Shown here one piece after another: positions 1 to 8,396 of a stretch of DNA of 64,000 bases. The position numbers were made by a program, and so were the translations under genes. Within the stretch, counting starts at the first letter, position 1. Every line of letters begins with the position of its first letter. The DNA is from a virus, in the IMG/VR virus record IMGVR_UViG_3300031576_000026, positions 1-64,000 of that record, one strand, 5' to 3'. The notes below the pieces were generated by a model. That model did no database searches, was not told where the DNA came from, and saw only the letters and a list, made by a program, of their open reading frames with translations.

Positions 1-217
1 TAATAAAATTACCAGTACCCACTACTAACAAAGGTTGTTTATTTCTAGATAGATATTGATTAATTACTAAATTTTTGGCTTTCTCGAATTCCGGGATAAA
101 TATTAATGAATCTTTTTTATCAGAACTTATGATAGTATTCTCGAATTCTTGAATCCATACATTTCCTGAAGGCAAAGAAAAACGCGTTATCTTTTTGTTT
201 TCTTTATCAATTTTCAT
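1..217 (-). CDS. hypothetical early protein, runs off window edge
   Basis: ATG at 217 overlaps the TGA of the 214..426 ORF; frame open to position 1 (MKIDKENKKITRFSLPSG...). Confidence 0.6.
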   Translation of the reverse strand, partial: MKIDKENKKITRFSLPSGNVWIQEFENTIISSDKKDSLIFIPEFEKAKNLVINQYLSRNKQPLLVVGTGNFI

Positions 218-426
218 GCGTTTTCCTTTTTAGTCATATGTTCAATTGTTTGATAACGAGCATAGATTTTATCTAGCATGTAAAGACTGGACGGAACCTT
301 AACCCCTTTTTCAACTAATTCCCGCTCCAGTGAAAGTTTAATGTCATAGTCCAATGCTTCCAATGTCTCAAGGAATTCCAATTCATCTAGAGTCATTTTA
401 ATCGATTTTAAGGCATGTTTATTCAT
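214..426 (-). CDS. hypothetical early protein
   Basis: ORF track; GAGG upstream; coupled to neighbours. Confidence 0.6.
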   Translation of the reverse strand: MNKHALKSIKMTLDELEFLETLEALDYDIKLSLERELVEKGVKVPSSLYMLDKIYARYQTIEHMTKKENA

Positions 427-574
427 TTGTTCCTCTCTTTACTTGATTCCCCACTTGATCCCTCACTTGATCCAATACTTGATTCCACACTTGATCCCAC
501 ACTTGCTTCTCCACTTGATTCCACATTTTCAACTCTTTACCGAACTTTAATTTATTCAATGTTTTAGGGCTCAT
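419..574 (-). CDS. small x[DN]QV tetrapeptide-repeat protein (51 aa, not in ORF track)
   Basis: Manual translation MSPKTLNKLKFGKELKMWNQVEKQVWDQVWNQVLDQVRDQVGNQVKRGTNE; AAGGTG upstream. Confidence 0.7.
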   Translation of the reverse strand: MSPKTLNKLKFGKELKMWNQVEKQVWDQVWNQVLDQVRDQVGNQVKRGTNE

Positions 575-579
575 TGTAG

Positions 580-759
580 TCACCTTTCAGGGTTAAAATG
601 GTATTCTGCTGAATCAATTAATTCACCGAAGTCACCTTGAGTACCACAGTTAATACAAGTGTATCCCTCGTCTATATCATAATCATGTTCACAGCATTCT
701 GGACAGGTCATATTATTAACTTCAAGGGTATTCTGACAGTTTTCGCATGTGTATCCCAT
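580..759 (-). CDS. small Cys-rich Zn-ribbon-like protein (59 aa)
   Basis: Manual translation with CENC, CPECC and CINC; AGGAG upstream. Confidence 0.65.
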   Translation of the reverse strand: MGYTCENCQNTLEVNNMTCPECCEHDYDIDEGYTCINCGTQGDFGELIDSAEYHFNPER

Positions 760-771
760 ATTAATTAACTC

Positions 772-909
772 CTATAGTTTATCTATATAATTTTCACATT
801 CTTCTTTAGTCGGAAACGAGGCCATAATAGTGTAAGTATCTTTACCTATAACCGACCAATCACCAAAATCATGAGAGTATTCTATGTAATATTCTTTATA
901 ATTTTGCAT
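772..909 (-). CDS. small hypothetical protein (45 aa)
   Basis: Manual translation MQNYKEYYIEYSHDFGDWS...; AAGGAG upstream. Confidence 0.55.
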   Translation of the reverse strand: MQNYKEYYIEYSHDFGDWSVIGKDTYTIMASFPTKEECENYIDKL

Positions 910-1008
910 ATGCTACTTCACTCCTTTGTTATTTGTCTATTGACAAACTCATAGTACTCATATTTTTATTATGATATTCATCTTATTCTCCCTGTATTCC
1001 GGCTTGAT

Positions 1009-2103
1009 TCATGTTTTTCCTGTATCGGGTTGAATGCCTCTAATAACTCCCTGAAACACTTTGGGTTTTTTAGAGCGTCTAGCACGGGATTTTCTAGCCG
1101 GTTTCAATTCCCATACTGAAAAATAACTCTGAAATTGTCCTGATTCATCGTGAGTGAATACATATTGTTTTTCAGGATTAGCCTTGAGTAGTTCAGCTAG
1201 AACGCTTTCCGGCTCTCCTTCTCTGCAATATTCCCCGGCATAATACCCGCCACGACCGTCAACCCAACCACTTATAAATCTCTCAATATGTTTCAAACGT
1301 CTACATTTTTGAAGTGTTTTAACCTGTTCTAATTCAATCGCCTTATTTGAATCGTTCGCATAGTCGTCTATATTGTTTAAGGCATAATCTGTGAAACAGC
1401 CACAATTCAACCCCAATTCTCCGAATGATTCTATATAGCGAAAATTGGTTTTATAACAATCGTCGTTATCATCATATTCAGAACAACCGGAACACGCGGT
1501 TACAGAATCAGAGAAATATCTATCCTCGATTTTTGCTTGTGATTCCATTTTTTTCAGGCTATAACCTAGAAAAGGCAAAACGTGGTAGTAATGCCATCCG
1601 GCCATAACAATGATATTTTTCCGATTCTGACCATGGTAACCAGTCTCTTCAATTCCCAGCTCATAACCCCTTCCTGAATTCACAAGTTCATGTAGTGCGC
1701 TGTCATACTCTTTAGATTGCGGCGGGTCATTGTCTAGGGTTTCCAAGGCTGAAAAAATGGAGGATTTAGGTAAAGAAACAAAACCTAAATAAACTGGCCT
1801 ATTTTCGGTTTCATTCCCGAATGTGTTAATATTGATTTTTTTCGTTTCAGTTAACAGGATTGTATGGGTAACCGTGATTCCGTCGCTTTTCCTGTTTGTT
1901 TTAACCGTTCCCTGTTCTACCATGCCATATTGTGCAGCTATTTCACACAATTCAGCATAACCGGCATTGTCAGGGAATAGGCCGGAAATAATCTCATATT
2001 TAGTTGAACATGTTGAAAAATTCGCCTCATCAGACTCATATTGATTCCAATATTTTATAGCGCGTTTCATTTTTTTAACCTCTCTTTTATAACCGGATTC
2101 CAC
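1009..2103 (-). CDS. hypothetical early protein (true start probably the ATG at 2070)
   Basis: 364-aa ORF; GAGG precedes MKRAIK. Confidence 0.75.
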   Translation of the reverse strand: MESGYKREVKKMKRAIKYWNQYESDEANFSTCSTKYEIISGLFPDNAGYAELCEIAAQYGMVEQGTVKTNRKSDGITVTHTILLTETKKININTFGNETENRPVYLGFVSLPKSSIFSALETLDNDPPQSKEYDSALHELVNSGRGYELGIEETGYHGQNRKNIIVMAGWHYYHVLPFLGYSLKKMESQAKIEDRYFSDSVTACSGCSEYDDNDDCYKTNFRYIESFGELGLNCGCFTDYALNNIDDYANDSNKAIELEQVKTLQKCRRLKHIERFISGWVDGRGGYYAGEYCREGEPESVLAELLKANPEKQYVFTHDESGQFQSYFSVWELKPARKSRARRSKKPKVFQGVIRGIQPDTGKT

Positions 2104-2146
2104 GCTCTAAGGTTCATCACACCAGTAACATTTTGGATAATTCATC

Positions 2147-2353
2147 TTATTCTTCCTCCACATTTTCAAGGTCCCAAAAACTAATTTCATCATCAATTTG
2201 AGTTAACAAATATGATGTAACCTCTCTAGCCTCTAAGGATTCATTGATATCATCATTAATTTTGGCTAATATAAACTGAATTCTTCTGTATTGGTCAATC
2301 ATTTTCTTTTTTTCAATCTTCATTAATGTTCTCCTATTAATCATGTTTGTCAA
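2147..2353 (-). CDS. hypothetical protein
   Basis: ORF track; AGGAG inside the 5' end points to a later start (MKIEKK). Confidence 0.5.
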   Translation of the reverse strand: MTNMINRRTLMKIEKKKMIDQYRRIQFILAKINDDINESLEAREVTSYLLTQIDDEISFWDLENVEEE

Positions 2354-2517
2354 TATCCATCACCAAAATAGCATGTTCTTTCCACGTTATCAACCCATTT
2401 TTGAATAAAAACCAAGCCTAAGCGTATAACTCATCTTTTATCATATGATTTTCCTTTGTTATTAATCCCATTGTATCTCCTCTTTACAGTACTCAATAAT
2501 ATAGTAACCTTTTTTTC

Positions 2518-3039
2518 TTATTTATAAATACCCCCTCCTCGAACTTCGATTTGAGATTTGTGAACGCCTGTATAATCAAAGTAAGAATTGTTATCGGAGT
2601 ATACACGATAAACAGGAACATAATTATTGAAACCACCGCGATAAGATGTATTAACTAGAGCGACTAGTCGAAACTCCCTAAACTTACGTAAAACGAGAAT
2701 GCCGCCGAGTTCATGTCTTAAAAAATTTTCCTTGGACTGGCGTAGTGTTCCGTCCTTTCGAAAAACGAGACTTGATATATAACTAAGTCCCTTCGCGGTC
2801 TGTTCTGAGGTTATCTTATATCCTCTCCCCTTAAGTGCTCTCTTCTCAAATTCTACAAGCAGTGGATGCTTCGAGGGTAAGGATATGGAAGAGACTGCGT
2901 TTTTATACTCCCAGTTATTAATATATTTGCGAAAGTATATGATTTCATTTTCTGCCCATGGAGTCCGCATGTTTTTAACTCGCCGTTCCCATTTAGTATA
3001 TGTTAGGTGTTGACTTCGGCTTAAAGATAGTGTACTCAT
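2518..3039 (-). CDS. hypothetical early protein
   Basis: 173-aa ORF with AGGAG RBS. Confidence 0.7.
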   Translation of the reverse strand: MSTLSLSRSQHLTYTKWERRVKNMRTPWAENEIIYFRKYINNWEYKNAVSSISLPSKHPLLVEFEKRALKGRGYKITSEQTAKGLSYISSLVFRKDGTLRQSKENFLRHELGGILVLRKFREFRLVALVNTSYRGGFNNYVPVYRVYSDNNSYFDYTGVHKSQIEVRGGGIYK

Positions 3040-3058
3040 CTTAGCTCCTAATTGATGC

Positions 3059-3427
3059 TTATCGTGTAATCCAATATCCAGTCAATGAATCATAAGTATA
3101 AGGCTCACCAGACCGGATTTCCGTCTTAGGTACATTCTGTAGTATTCCAATGTCTTTAGTGTCACCAGTTGAGTAAATAATCTTGGTTCGCCTGAAGTCA
3201 TCTGAATAAAGAATACATTCTTGGTCATAGGAATCAGCTAGTGCCTTAGCCAAGCTCAAATCTTCAAGGTAAGGAACCTCTAAGATGTAGTTATTCTCAC
3301 CTTGACCATTATAGTAGCCAACAACATGCTTGGCTTTGAATCCCCAATCTTGAATTAGTTTTAATTCCTTTTCAGGGGTGTCAATGTTAAGGGCCAATAT
3401 AACAATAGGTGTTTTAATATTTGTCAT
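3059..3427 (-). CDS. putative S-adenosylmethionine lyase (T3 SAMase-like)
   Basis: GYYNGQGENNY...LADSYDQECILY fits the G-x-Y-x-G-x-x-E ... Q-[ED]-x-[IV]-L pattern of phage SAM lyases; 122 aa; early region. Confidence 0.55.
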   Translation of the reverse strand: MTNIKTPIVILALNIDTPEKELKLIQDWGFKAKHVVGYYNGQGENNYILEVPYLEDLSLAKALADSYDQECILYSDDFRRTKIIYSTGDTKDIGILQNVPKTEIRSGEPYTYDSLTGYWITR

Positions 3428-3457
3428 AATTCATTCTCCTATTAATATTAAATTAAG

Positions 3458-3793
3458 TCAATCCCACTGAATTTCGAAATATTGGTTTGATAACGAACCA
3501 TCAGAATTCTTGTTAAAACCGATGTATCTTGATTCTTTTTTGCTTGTAACTGCATTCAGTACTGTGCTGAATACGAGTGCGCCGTCTTTAAGCTTGACGC
3601 ACAGAGCCTTGAAACCATCATAGTCATATAAATTAGCATGTTCTTTGCTCTTATCATCTGTCCACACGTGACAGAATGTCTTAAACTCAGGTTTGCTATA
3701 ATCAACTCCATACATTTCAGGTGTGATAAGTGTAAACATAGTTATTCTCCTATTAGTGTCCACAACATGGTTTGTCTTCGCATTCACACACAC
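3458..3793 (-). CDS. hypothetical protein
   Basis: ORF track; AGGAG before MFTLIT suggests start at 3739. Confidence 0.6.
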   Translation of the reverse strand: MCVNAKTNHVVDTNRRITMFTLITPEMYGVDYSKPEFKTFCHVWTDDKSKEHANLYDYDGFKALCVKLKDGALVFSTVLNAVTSKKESRYIGFNKNSDGSLSNQYFEIQWD

Positions 3794-3959
3794 TGTATTC
3801 AGTGCTTATATCCTCTTTAGGCTCGTCTAAACTTAACTTTAGACGGTTATAAGCCTCATAACATGCGTTACTACAGAATTCAGTGCGCGCAAAAGATATA
3901 TCACATATATTATACTCGAAGTCATCACCACATTCAAAACAAGTATTGATTTTAAACAT
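3753..3959 (-). CDS. small Cys-rich hypothetical protein
   Basis: CFEC...FCSNAC and C-terminal CECEDKPCCGH; AGGAG RBS. Confidence 0.6.
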   Translation of the reverse strand: MFKINTCFECGDDFEYNICDISFARTEFCSNACYEAYNRLKLSLDEPKEDISTEYSVCECEDKPCCGH

Positions 3960-3967
3960 ATTAACTC

Positions 3968-4147
3968 CTATTGTAGTGCTTTAATTTCCTCTTCGGTTTC
4001 GTTAATAAAATATTCGAGAACTTCCTTGTATTTTGCGTCGTTGAAACGATAGCACTTACGTTTCAACTCGCATTCTAAGTATTTTTTGAACTTAATAAGT
4101 GATTCTAAGTTCATTGATTTTAGTCCTTGCTCGATAGATAGTGTCAT
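3968..4147 (-). CDS. first gene of the leftward early cluster, hypothetical
   Basis: ORF track gives 3968..4228, but GGGAG RBS favours the ATG at 4147. Confidence 0.6.
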   Translation of the reverse strand: MTLSIEQGLKSMNLESLIKFKKYLECELKRKCYRFNDAKYKEVLEYFINETEEEIKALQ

Positions 4148-4244
4148 TTTATTCTCCCTTTTTAACAAAAGGTTTGTTTTACTTTTGTTAGTTATATAGA
4201 TGTAAATCAAACTGCATTTTCTAAGCACATTCTATAAGCTTATG

Positions 4245-4262
4245 TAGCATCTTTCATGCCAA
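4245..4262 (-). promoter_or_regulatory. sigma54-type -24/-12 promoter facing the leftward early genes
   Basis: Minus strand TTGGCATGAAAGATGCTA, GG-N10-GC spacing. Confidence 0.5.
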
Positions 4263-4443
4263 TCTTCCTAGCTTCGCAACCCAAGTGTCCTTCGTCAATG
4301 TACCATACACAAATACAAATTCATTAATGATTATTATACTGTTAACTTTTTGGGCAACACACTAAACTTAAACACTAGATATCCACGGGCTCACGCCCAG
4401 GGTTTCAAGTAAGGTGTTAATGAAGTACAAGGAACGATATCCC

Positions 4444-4470
4444 GTAAGGTCAAGGTGTATATGACCTTAC
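4444..4470. repeat. 9-bp perfect inverted repeat
   Basis: GTAAGGTCA-N9-TGACCTTAC. Confidence 0.85.
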
Positions 4471-4548
4471 CTAGGCTTGATTCTCTATGTTATTCATTTG
4501 TGGTTCAGGGGGATTGGGTGATGTATTTGTAGTGGGTGAAGCATTGGG

Positions 4549-4565
4549 TTGGCATAGTTTTTGCT
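4549..4565 (+). promoter_or_regulatory. sigma54-type -24/-12 site
   Basis: TTGGCATAGTTTTTGCT matches TGGCAY-N5-TTGCW. Confidence 0.55.
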
Positions 4566-4567
4566 AA

Positions 4568-4584
4568 TGCAAGGATTGGGCCAA
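4568..4584 (-). promoter_or_regulatory. sigma54-type -24/-12 site, convergent with the previous one
   Basis: Minus strand TTGGCCCAATCCTTGCA, GG-N10-GC spacing. Confidence 0.5.
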
Positions 4585-4735
4585 GGATCAAGGGGGGGGG
4601 GTAGGGACACAAATGGCAAGAGATCAGTAAACGTTATACAACACGAATATCATTAGGTTTTTCATTCTAGAAATATTTTACCATGTCACAATTTATATGC
4701 ATTATTTGCAACAATCCATGGTCAAAGATAATCAA

Positions 4736-4771
4736 ATAACCTTGACTTAATCGCCTTTAGGTCAAGGTTAT
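4736..4771. repeat. 11-bp perfect inverted repeat
   Basis: ATAACCTTGAC-N14-GTCAAGGTTAT. Confidence 0.85.
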
Positions 4772-4898
4772 CACAATAACTTTGATTGAGGCTGCATAAA
4801 AACCATATATTTCTATTAAACAACTATTATAATTAAAGTCATTTCCTATAAACAAAAAATAATATTACAGATCTTTAAAAATAGAAATCAGATTTCAA

Positions 4899-4927
4899 TT
4901 GACAGATTATAGAAAATTTGATAGAAT
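4899..4927 (+). promoter_or_regulatory. sigma70-type promoter for the rightward operon
   Basis: TTGACA-17nt-TAGAAT with TGn extended -10, just upstream of ATG 4943. Confidence 0.75.
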
Positions 4928-4942
4928 TAGATTCTAGAAAAT

Positions 4943-5197
4943 ATGAATTATATGGATCAAATATTACCTCAGATTTTGGTTAAAGATCAAGTGAGGGATC
5001 AAGTGTATAATCAAGTGTGGGATCAAGTGGAGAATCAAGTGAAGGATCAAGTAGTGGATCAAGTGTGGAATCAAGTGGGGAATCAAGTGTATAATCAAGT
5101 TAGGGGTCAAGTGTGGGATCAAGTGGAGAATCAAGTATGGAATCAAGTACTAGGTGGTATAGTGGTGATTATAGAAGAGAAAATAAAAGGCGGATGA
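4943..5197 (+). CDS. x[DN]QV tetrapeptide-repeat protein
   Basis: About 14 tandem 12-bp units with ATCAAGT core. Confidence 0.65.
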   Translation: MNYMDQILPQILVKDQVRDQVYNQVWDQVENQVKDQVVDQVWNQVGNQVYNQVRGQVWDQVENQVWNQVLGGIVVIIEEKIKGG

Positions 5198-5284
5198 TTA
5201 TATGTATCAAATAACTCGTGATATATTTGGTTATATATACAATAAAGTGTAAAATCAAATAGAAGATTTACAAAAGAGAATTAC

Positions 5285-5626
5285 ATGGAAATGCTTAGAG
5301 ATCCAAAGATAACCCCAACTATAAAGCTCATAACACCAATAGACTTCTGGTATGAGAAGGGTCACTTCTGGTCTACTAAACAGATATGGGTTAGAGTTAT
5401 TAGGGTTAGTATGAGTTCTAGAAACAGGCCGAAAATTCTAGAAACTGCTCAATATTGGGTTCAAGATCAAGTAGAGTTAACCGATATTGGTGTAGTGTTT
5501 GGATATGGTGGACCATGTAAATGCGATAGTTGTAAAACAGGAAGAAAAGAGGTTAAGAAAGGTTGGAAACCAGAAATTGATGGGTTTGGTTATAGAACAG
5601 ACTCTATATTAGATAGAATGCCTTGA
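5285..5626 (+). CDS. hypothetical protein
   Basis: ORF track; CKCDSC motif. Confidence 0.55.
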   Translation: MEMLRDPKITPTIKLITPIDFWYEKGHFWSTKQIWVRVIRVSMSSRNRPKILETAQYWVQDQVELTDIGVVFGYGGPCKCDSCKTGRKEVKKGWKPEIDGFGYRTDSILDRMP

Positions 5627-5728
5627 ATTATAGAAATTAGATATGGATCGTGTGTAATTATGTGATGTATAAAGCGACTGATCAAGTGCTTTATAACATA
5701 CGGGATCAAGTGGAAGGGTGAGGAATTA

Positions 5729-6046
5729 ATGGAGAATAAAGTGAAGGATCTAGTGATTCAGCATTATGATCCAATTCATGCTCAAATACGGGATCAAATG
5801 TGGAATCAAGTGAAGGAGCAAGTATATAATCAAGTGTCGAATCAAGTGTGGAATCAAGTGGGGGATCAAGTGGGGAATCAAGTGGGGAATCAAGTGGGGA
5901 ATCAAGTGGGGGATCAAGTGTGGGATCAAGTGAGGAATCAAGTGGGGAATCAAGTGAGGGATCAAGTGTGGGATCAAGTGAGGAATCAAGTGAAGGATCA
6001 ACTAAAAGATCAACTATGGGAGATTTATAAAAATGAAGTACAATGA
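5729..6046 (+). CDS. x[DN]QV tetrapeptide-repeat protein
   Basis: About 19 tandem 12-bp units; GAGG RBS; coupled to next gene. Confidence 0.7.
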   Translation: MENKVKDLVIQHYDPIHAQIRDQMWNQVKEQVYNQVSNQVWNQVGDQVGNQVGNQVGNQVGDQVWDQVRNQVGNQVRDQVWDQVRNQVKDQLKDQLWEIYKNEVQ

Positions 6047-6242
6047 ACCTCCTTTTATAAGATATAATGCACATTCCGACCCTTGTGATGTTTTAGTGGG
6101 TCCGTGTGCTTGTGGAGCTTGGCATTCTAAAGAAGAATGGGATTATTTGGTTTTCTTAAAAAAGATTAAAGAAGAAACGACTTCATGGAGTGATAATAAA
6201 AGGAATAGTGCTCAACATTTGTTTGCAAAGAAGAACACATGA
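6033..6242 (+). CDS. hypothetical protein (PCD...GPCACGAWH)
   Basis: ORF track; coupled overlaps. Confidence 0.6.
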   Translation: MKYNEPPFIRYNAHSDPCDVLVGPCACGAWHSKEEWDYLVFLKKIKEETTSWSDNKRNSAQHLFAKKNT

Positions 6243-6532
6243 GCAGTAAACTTACCGAAATATGTGATTTGTTTATCGAAGGACACACTAAGATGTTATC
6301 GAACAAACAAGCAGGAACACCGAACTGTCTTCAAGTTGGAGCTTTAATATCGTATTATATGGAATATTCTCCCAAACTTGCCTGCGCTGCGAAGATGATG
6401 GAGAGGTTAGCTGGCTTTCTTATAGAAGCGTTAGAATTGGAATGCGATGCCGATTTAGTAAATAAACCGATTTATAATGTCGTAGAGACACACCTAAAAG
6501 AAATTGAAAGGATTTTGAATGAAAAGACTTAA
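6239..6532 (+). CDS. hypothetical protein
   Basis: ORF track; ATGA overlap. Confidence 0.55.
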   Translation: MSSKLTEICDLFIEGHTKMLSNKQAGTPNCLQVGALISYYMEYSPKLACAAKMMERLAGFLIEALELECDADLVNKPIYNVVETHLKEIERILNEKT

Positions 6533-6662
6533 ATATATTATTTGTTGGTTCGGATGGCATGGTCCAACAATATATGAATTTTTTGACAGATGCAGTGTTC
6601 ATGCTCGATGTAAATGGTGTGGATATCGTGGGATGATAGATTCTCAAGGAAATCTTTTTTAA
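6519..6662 (+). CDS. small Zn-ribbon-like protein (47 aa)
   Basis: Manual translation MKRLKYIICWFGWH...CSVHARCKWCGYRGMIDSQGNLF. Confidence 0.6.
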   Translation: MKRLKYIICWFGWHGPTIYEFFDRCSVHARCKWCGYRGMIDSQGNLF

Positions 6663-6678
6663 TGAATAAGGAGAAAGT

Positions 6679-7065
6679 ATGAGTGTAATGAATAGATTAG
6701 GAAATTGTCATAATCAATTTCAAGGTAAATATAAAAGGGTATTAACGGTTTGTTCTGCTGGTCTTCTTCGATCTCCAACGGCAGCTTTAGTTCTCTCTCA
6801 AGAACCATTTAATTTTAATACAAGAGCGGCAGGACTAGAAAAAAATTTCGCCTTAATTGTCGTAGATGATGTTCTTATAGAATGGGCACAAGAAATTGTT
6901 TGTATGACTAAATCTCAAGAAAAATCTTTAAAGGGGATGACAAATAAACCAGTTATTTGTCTTGATATTCAGGACAGCTTTCCCTATAGAGATCCAGAGT
7001 TAACTAAATTAATTGTTGAAAAATATGAAGAAAAAACTAATAATAAAACTATATGCAAAACCTAA
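6679..7065 (+). CDS. low-molecular-weight protein tyrosine phosphatase-like protein
   Basis: CX5R loop VCSAGLLRSPTA; TRAAG; WAQEIVCM; LDIQD. Confidence 0.8.
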   Translation: MSVMNRLGNCHNQFQGKYKRVLTVCSAGLLRSPTAALVLSQEPFNFNTRAAGLEKNFALIVVDDVLIEWAQEIVCMTKSQEKSLKGMTNKPVICLDIQDSFPYRDPELTKLIVEKYEEKTNNKTICKT

Positions 7066-7258
7066 TACAAAAGAAGAAGCCCAAGCTATGATTATAAGAA
7101 TATTGAGACGTCATGGCTGCACATGGGGCAGAATCGGAGAACTTTGTGCTTTAGCATTTAATCTTAAAGAATATGGAGGTCAAATGCTTGGGAAAGAATT
7201 GTGTGATGGAGCTGCTAAATTATTCGATGAAGACCCCAAAAAAGAGCCGTGGAACTAA
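7013..7258 (+). CDS. hypothetical protein, possible HTH
   Basis: ORF track; LRRHGCTWGRIGE. Confidence 0.5.
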   Translation: MLKNMKKKLIIKLYAKPNTKEEAQAMIIRILRRHGCTWGRIGELCALAFNLKEYGGQMLGKELCDGAAKLFDEDPKKEPWN

Positions 7259-7794
7259 TTCTTCCCCATAAAGAATACTACAATGCCCTTATTCCTGGAA
7301 TATTTGCCTTTATTAATGAAGTTGATAAGAAGATTGAGGTTAGGTATAGCCAATGTATTAGTAGCTCAATGGTGAGCATTTTAAGAGAAATTAAGCTGGG
7401 TTCATTAAGACCTAAAGATATTATAAACGATTTTCATGATAATAAACTTCGATTTAGGATTCTTGAAGAAATTCCAAATGATAGGTCTATAGGGAACATT
7501 AAGAAACAATATTGGATTGATGAATATAGAAAACAAGGTTATTCAACTTATAAAATCTTAAAGCAACCTGTTTATAAAATTAGAATTGATATTGAAAATT
7601 ATTTAGTATGTGTAAGTATTGAGAATTTAAACTCAATTAAGACTATAGTTGGGATCTTTGATAAAATGAAAGACGCAAAACAATTCATCAAGCAATATTA
7701 TAACAAAGATAAAATCAATGATATGGGTTCTATAGTTGTTGCTAATAATCCCTTAACAAGGCATCATTTTCTAGAAATTAACAACTTTTTATAG
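7249..7794 (+). CDS. degenerate GIY-YIG-fold-like protein
   Basis: PGIFAFIN...FRILEE...QYWIDEY layout; catalytic residues not canonical. Confidence 0.4.
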   Translation: MELILPHKEYYNALIPGIFAFINEVDKKIEVRYSQCISSSMVSILREIKLGSLRPKDIINDFHDNKLRFRILEEIPNDRSIGNIKKQYWIDEYRKQGYSTYKILKQPVYKIRIDIENYLVCVSIENLNSIKTIVGIFDKMKDAKQFIKQYYNKDKINDMGSIVVANNPLTRHHFLEINNFL

Positions 7795-7812
7795 AAATAA
7801 GAGGGAATTTTT

Positions 7813-7974
7813 ATGTTGCCAATCATTGAAATTATTGATATGGTATTAATAATGATCCTTGTGATAATAGAATCAGCAACCTATTATAGAACCTTTTTAA
7901 AGAAAAAAAGAACCTATAATAGAAAGCCTAAGTTTATTCCTAAAGTAATAAAAAATAAAGCTTATGATGAATAA
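7813..7974 (+). CDS. small membrane protein (53 aa)
   Basis: Manual translation; N-terminal hydrophobic helix, basic tail; GAGGG RBS. Confidence 0.5.
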   Translation: MLPIIEIIDMVLIMILVIIESATYYRTFLKKKRTYNRKPKFIPKVIKNKAYDE

Positions 7975-8137
7975 AATTATTAAAGTTGATTTTAAAAATA
8001 AGAGAAGAACAGGAATTTTTAATGCAAACAGGCTACTGGCTTGGCCGATTAAAAGTTATATTTTCATATTGACCGTATTACTTTTATCTGCTATAATGCC
8101 TTTTATGATGGAATTGGTATCCAAATGGGTATTTTAG
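7964..8137 (+). CDS. small membrane protein (57 aa)
   Basis: Manual translation MMNKIIKVDFKNKRR...FILTVLLLSAIMPF. Confidence 0.5.
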   Translation: MMNKIIKVDFKNKRRTGIFNANRLLAWPIKSYIFILTVLLLSAIMPFMMELVSKWVF

Positions 8138-8394
8138 ATTTCTTAAATTTAGTTCCTTCAAGAAGAACGGGAAGAAAAGATTTAAATTACGAATTCGACA
8201 TATTACAAAAATTCAAGGATGTTACATTCGGTGCTGTAGATTTTAGACTTAACATAAGAGCGGATAGATTAATGAAAATCTTATCAGTAATTTCTGTAGG
8301 TGAGTGTTATTATGCACGGGGTGTGGATTGGAAATATCAGGAATTCCCAGTTTATAATATGCCACTACCTTTAAAATCAAGGAATAAGAAATAA
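8125..8394 (+). CDS. hypothetical protein
   Basis: ORF track. Confidence 0.5.
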   Translation: MGILDFLNLVPSRRTGRKDLNYEFDILQKFKDVTFGAVDFRLNIRADRLMKILSVISVGECYYARGVDWKYQEFPVYNMPLPLKSRNKK

Positions 8395-8396
8395 TT

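Noticed and set aside
5623-5721. In-frame TAG at a position where Gln would fit, suggesting stop-codon reassignment
   Set aside because: Long genes are intact in the standard code, several genes end at TAG, and the other decayed copy has TAA; pseudogenisation is simpler
4983-6010. 12-bp arrays as a CRISPR or TIGR-like guide array, or as a diversity-generating retroelement target
   Set aside because: Units are far too short, variable parts are about 5 nt and recur, adenines in the core are invariant, and no cas, Tas or reverse transcriptase gene is present
4964-6074. HLIP, LDSP and ESSG repeat ORFs in the track (4964..5146, 5706..6074, 5750..6001, 5848..6030)
   Set aside because: Alternative-frame and antisense shadows of the 12-bp repeat; the QV frame has the promoter, RBS and operon coupling
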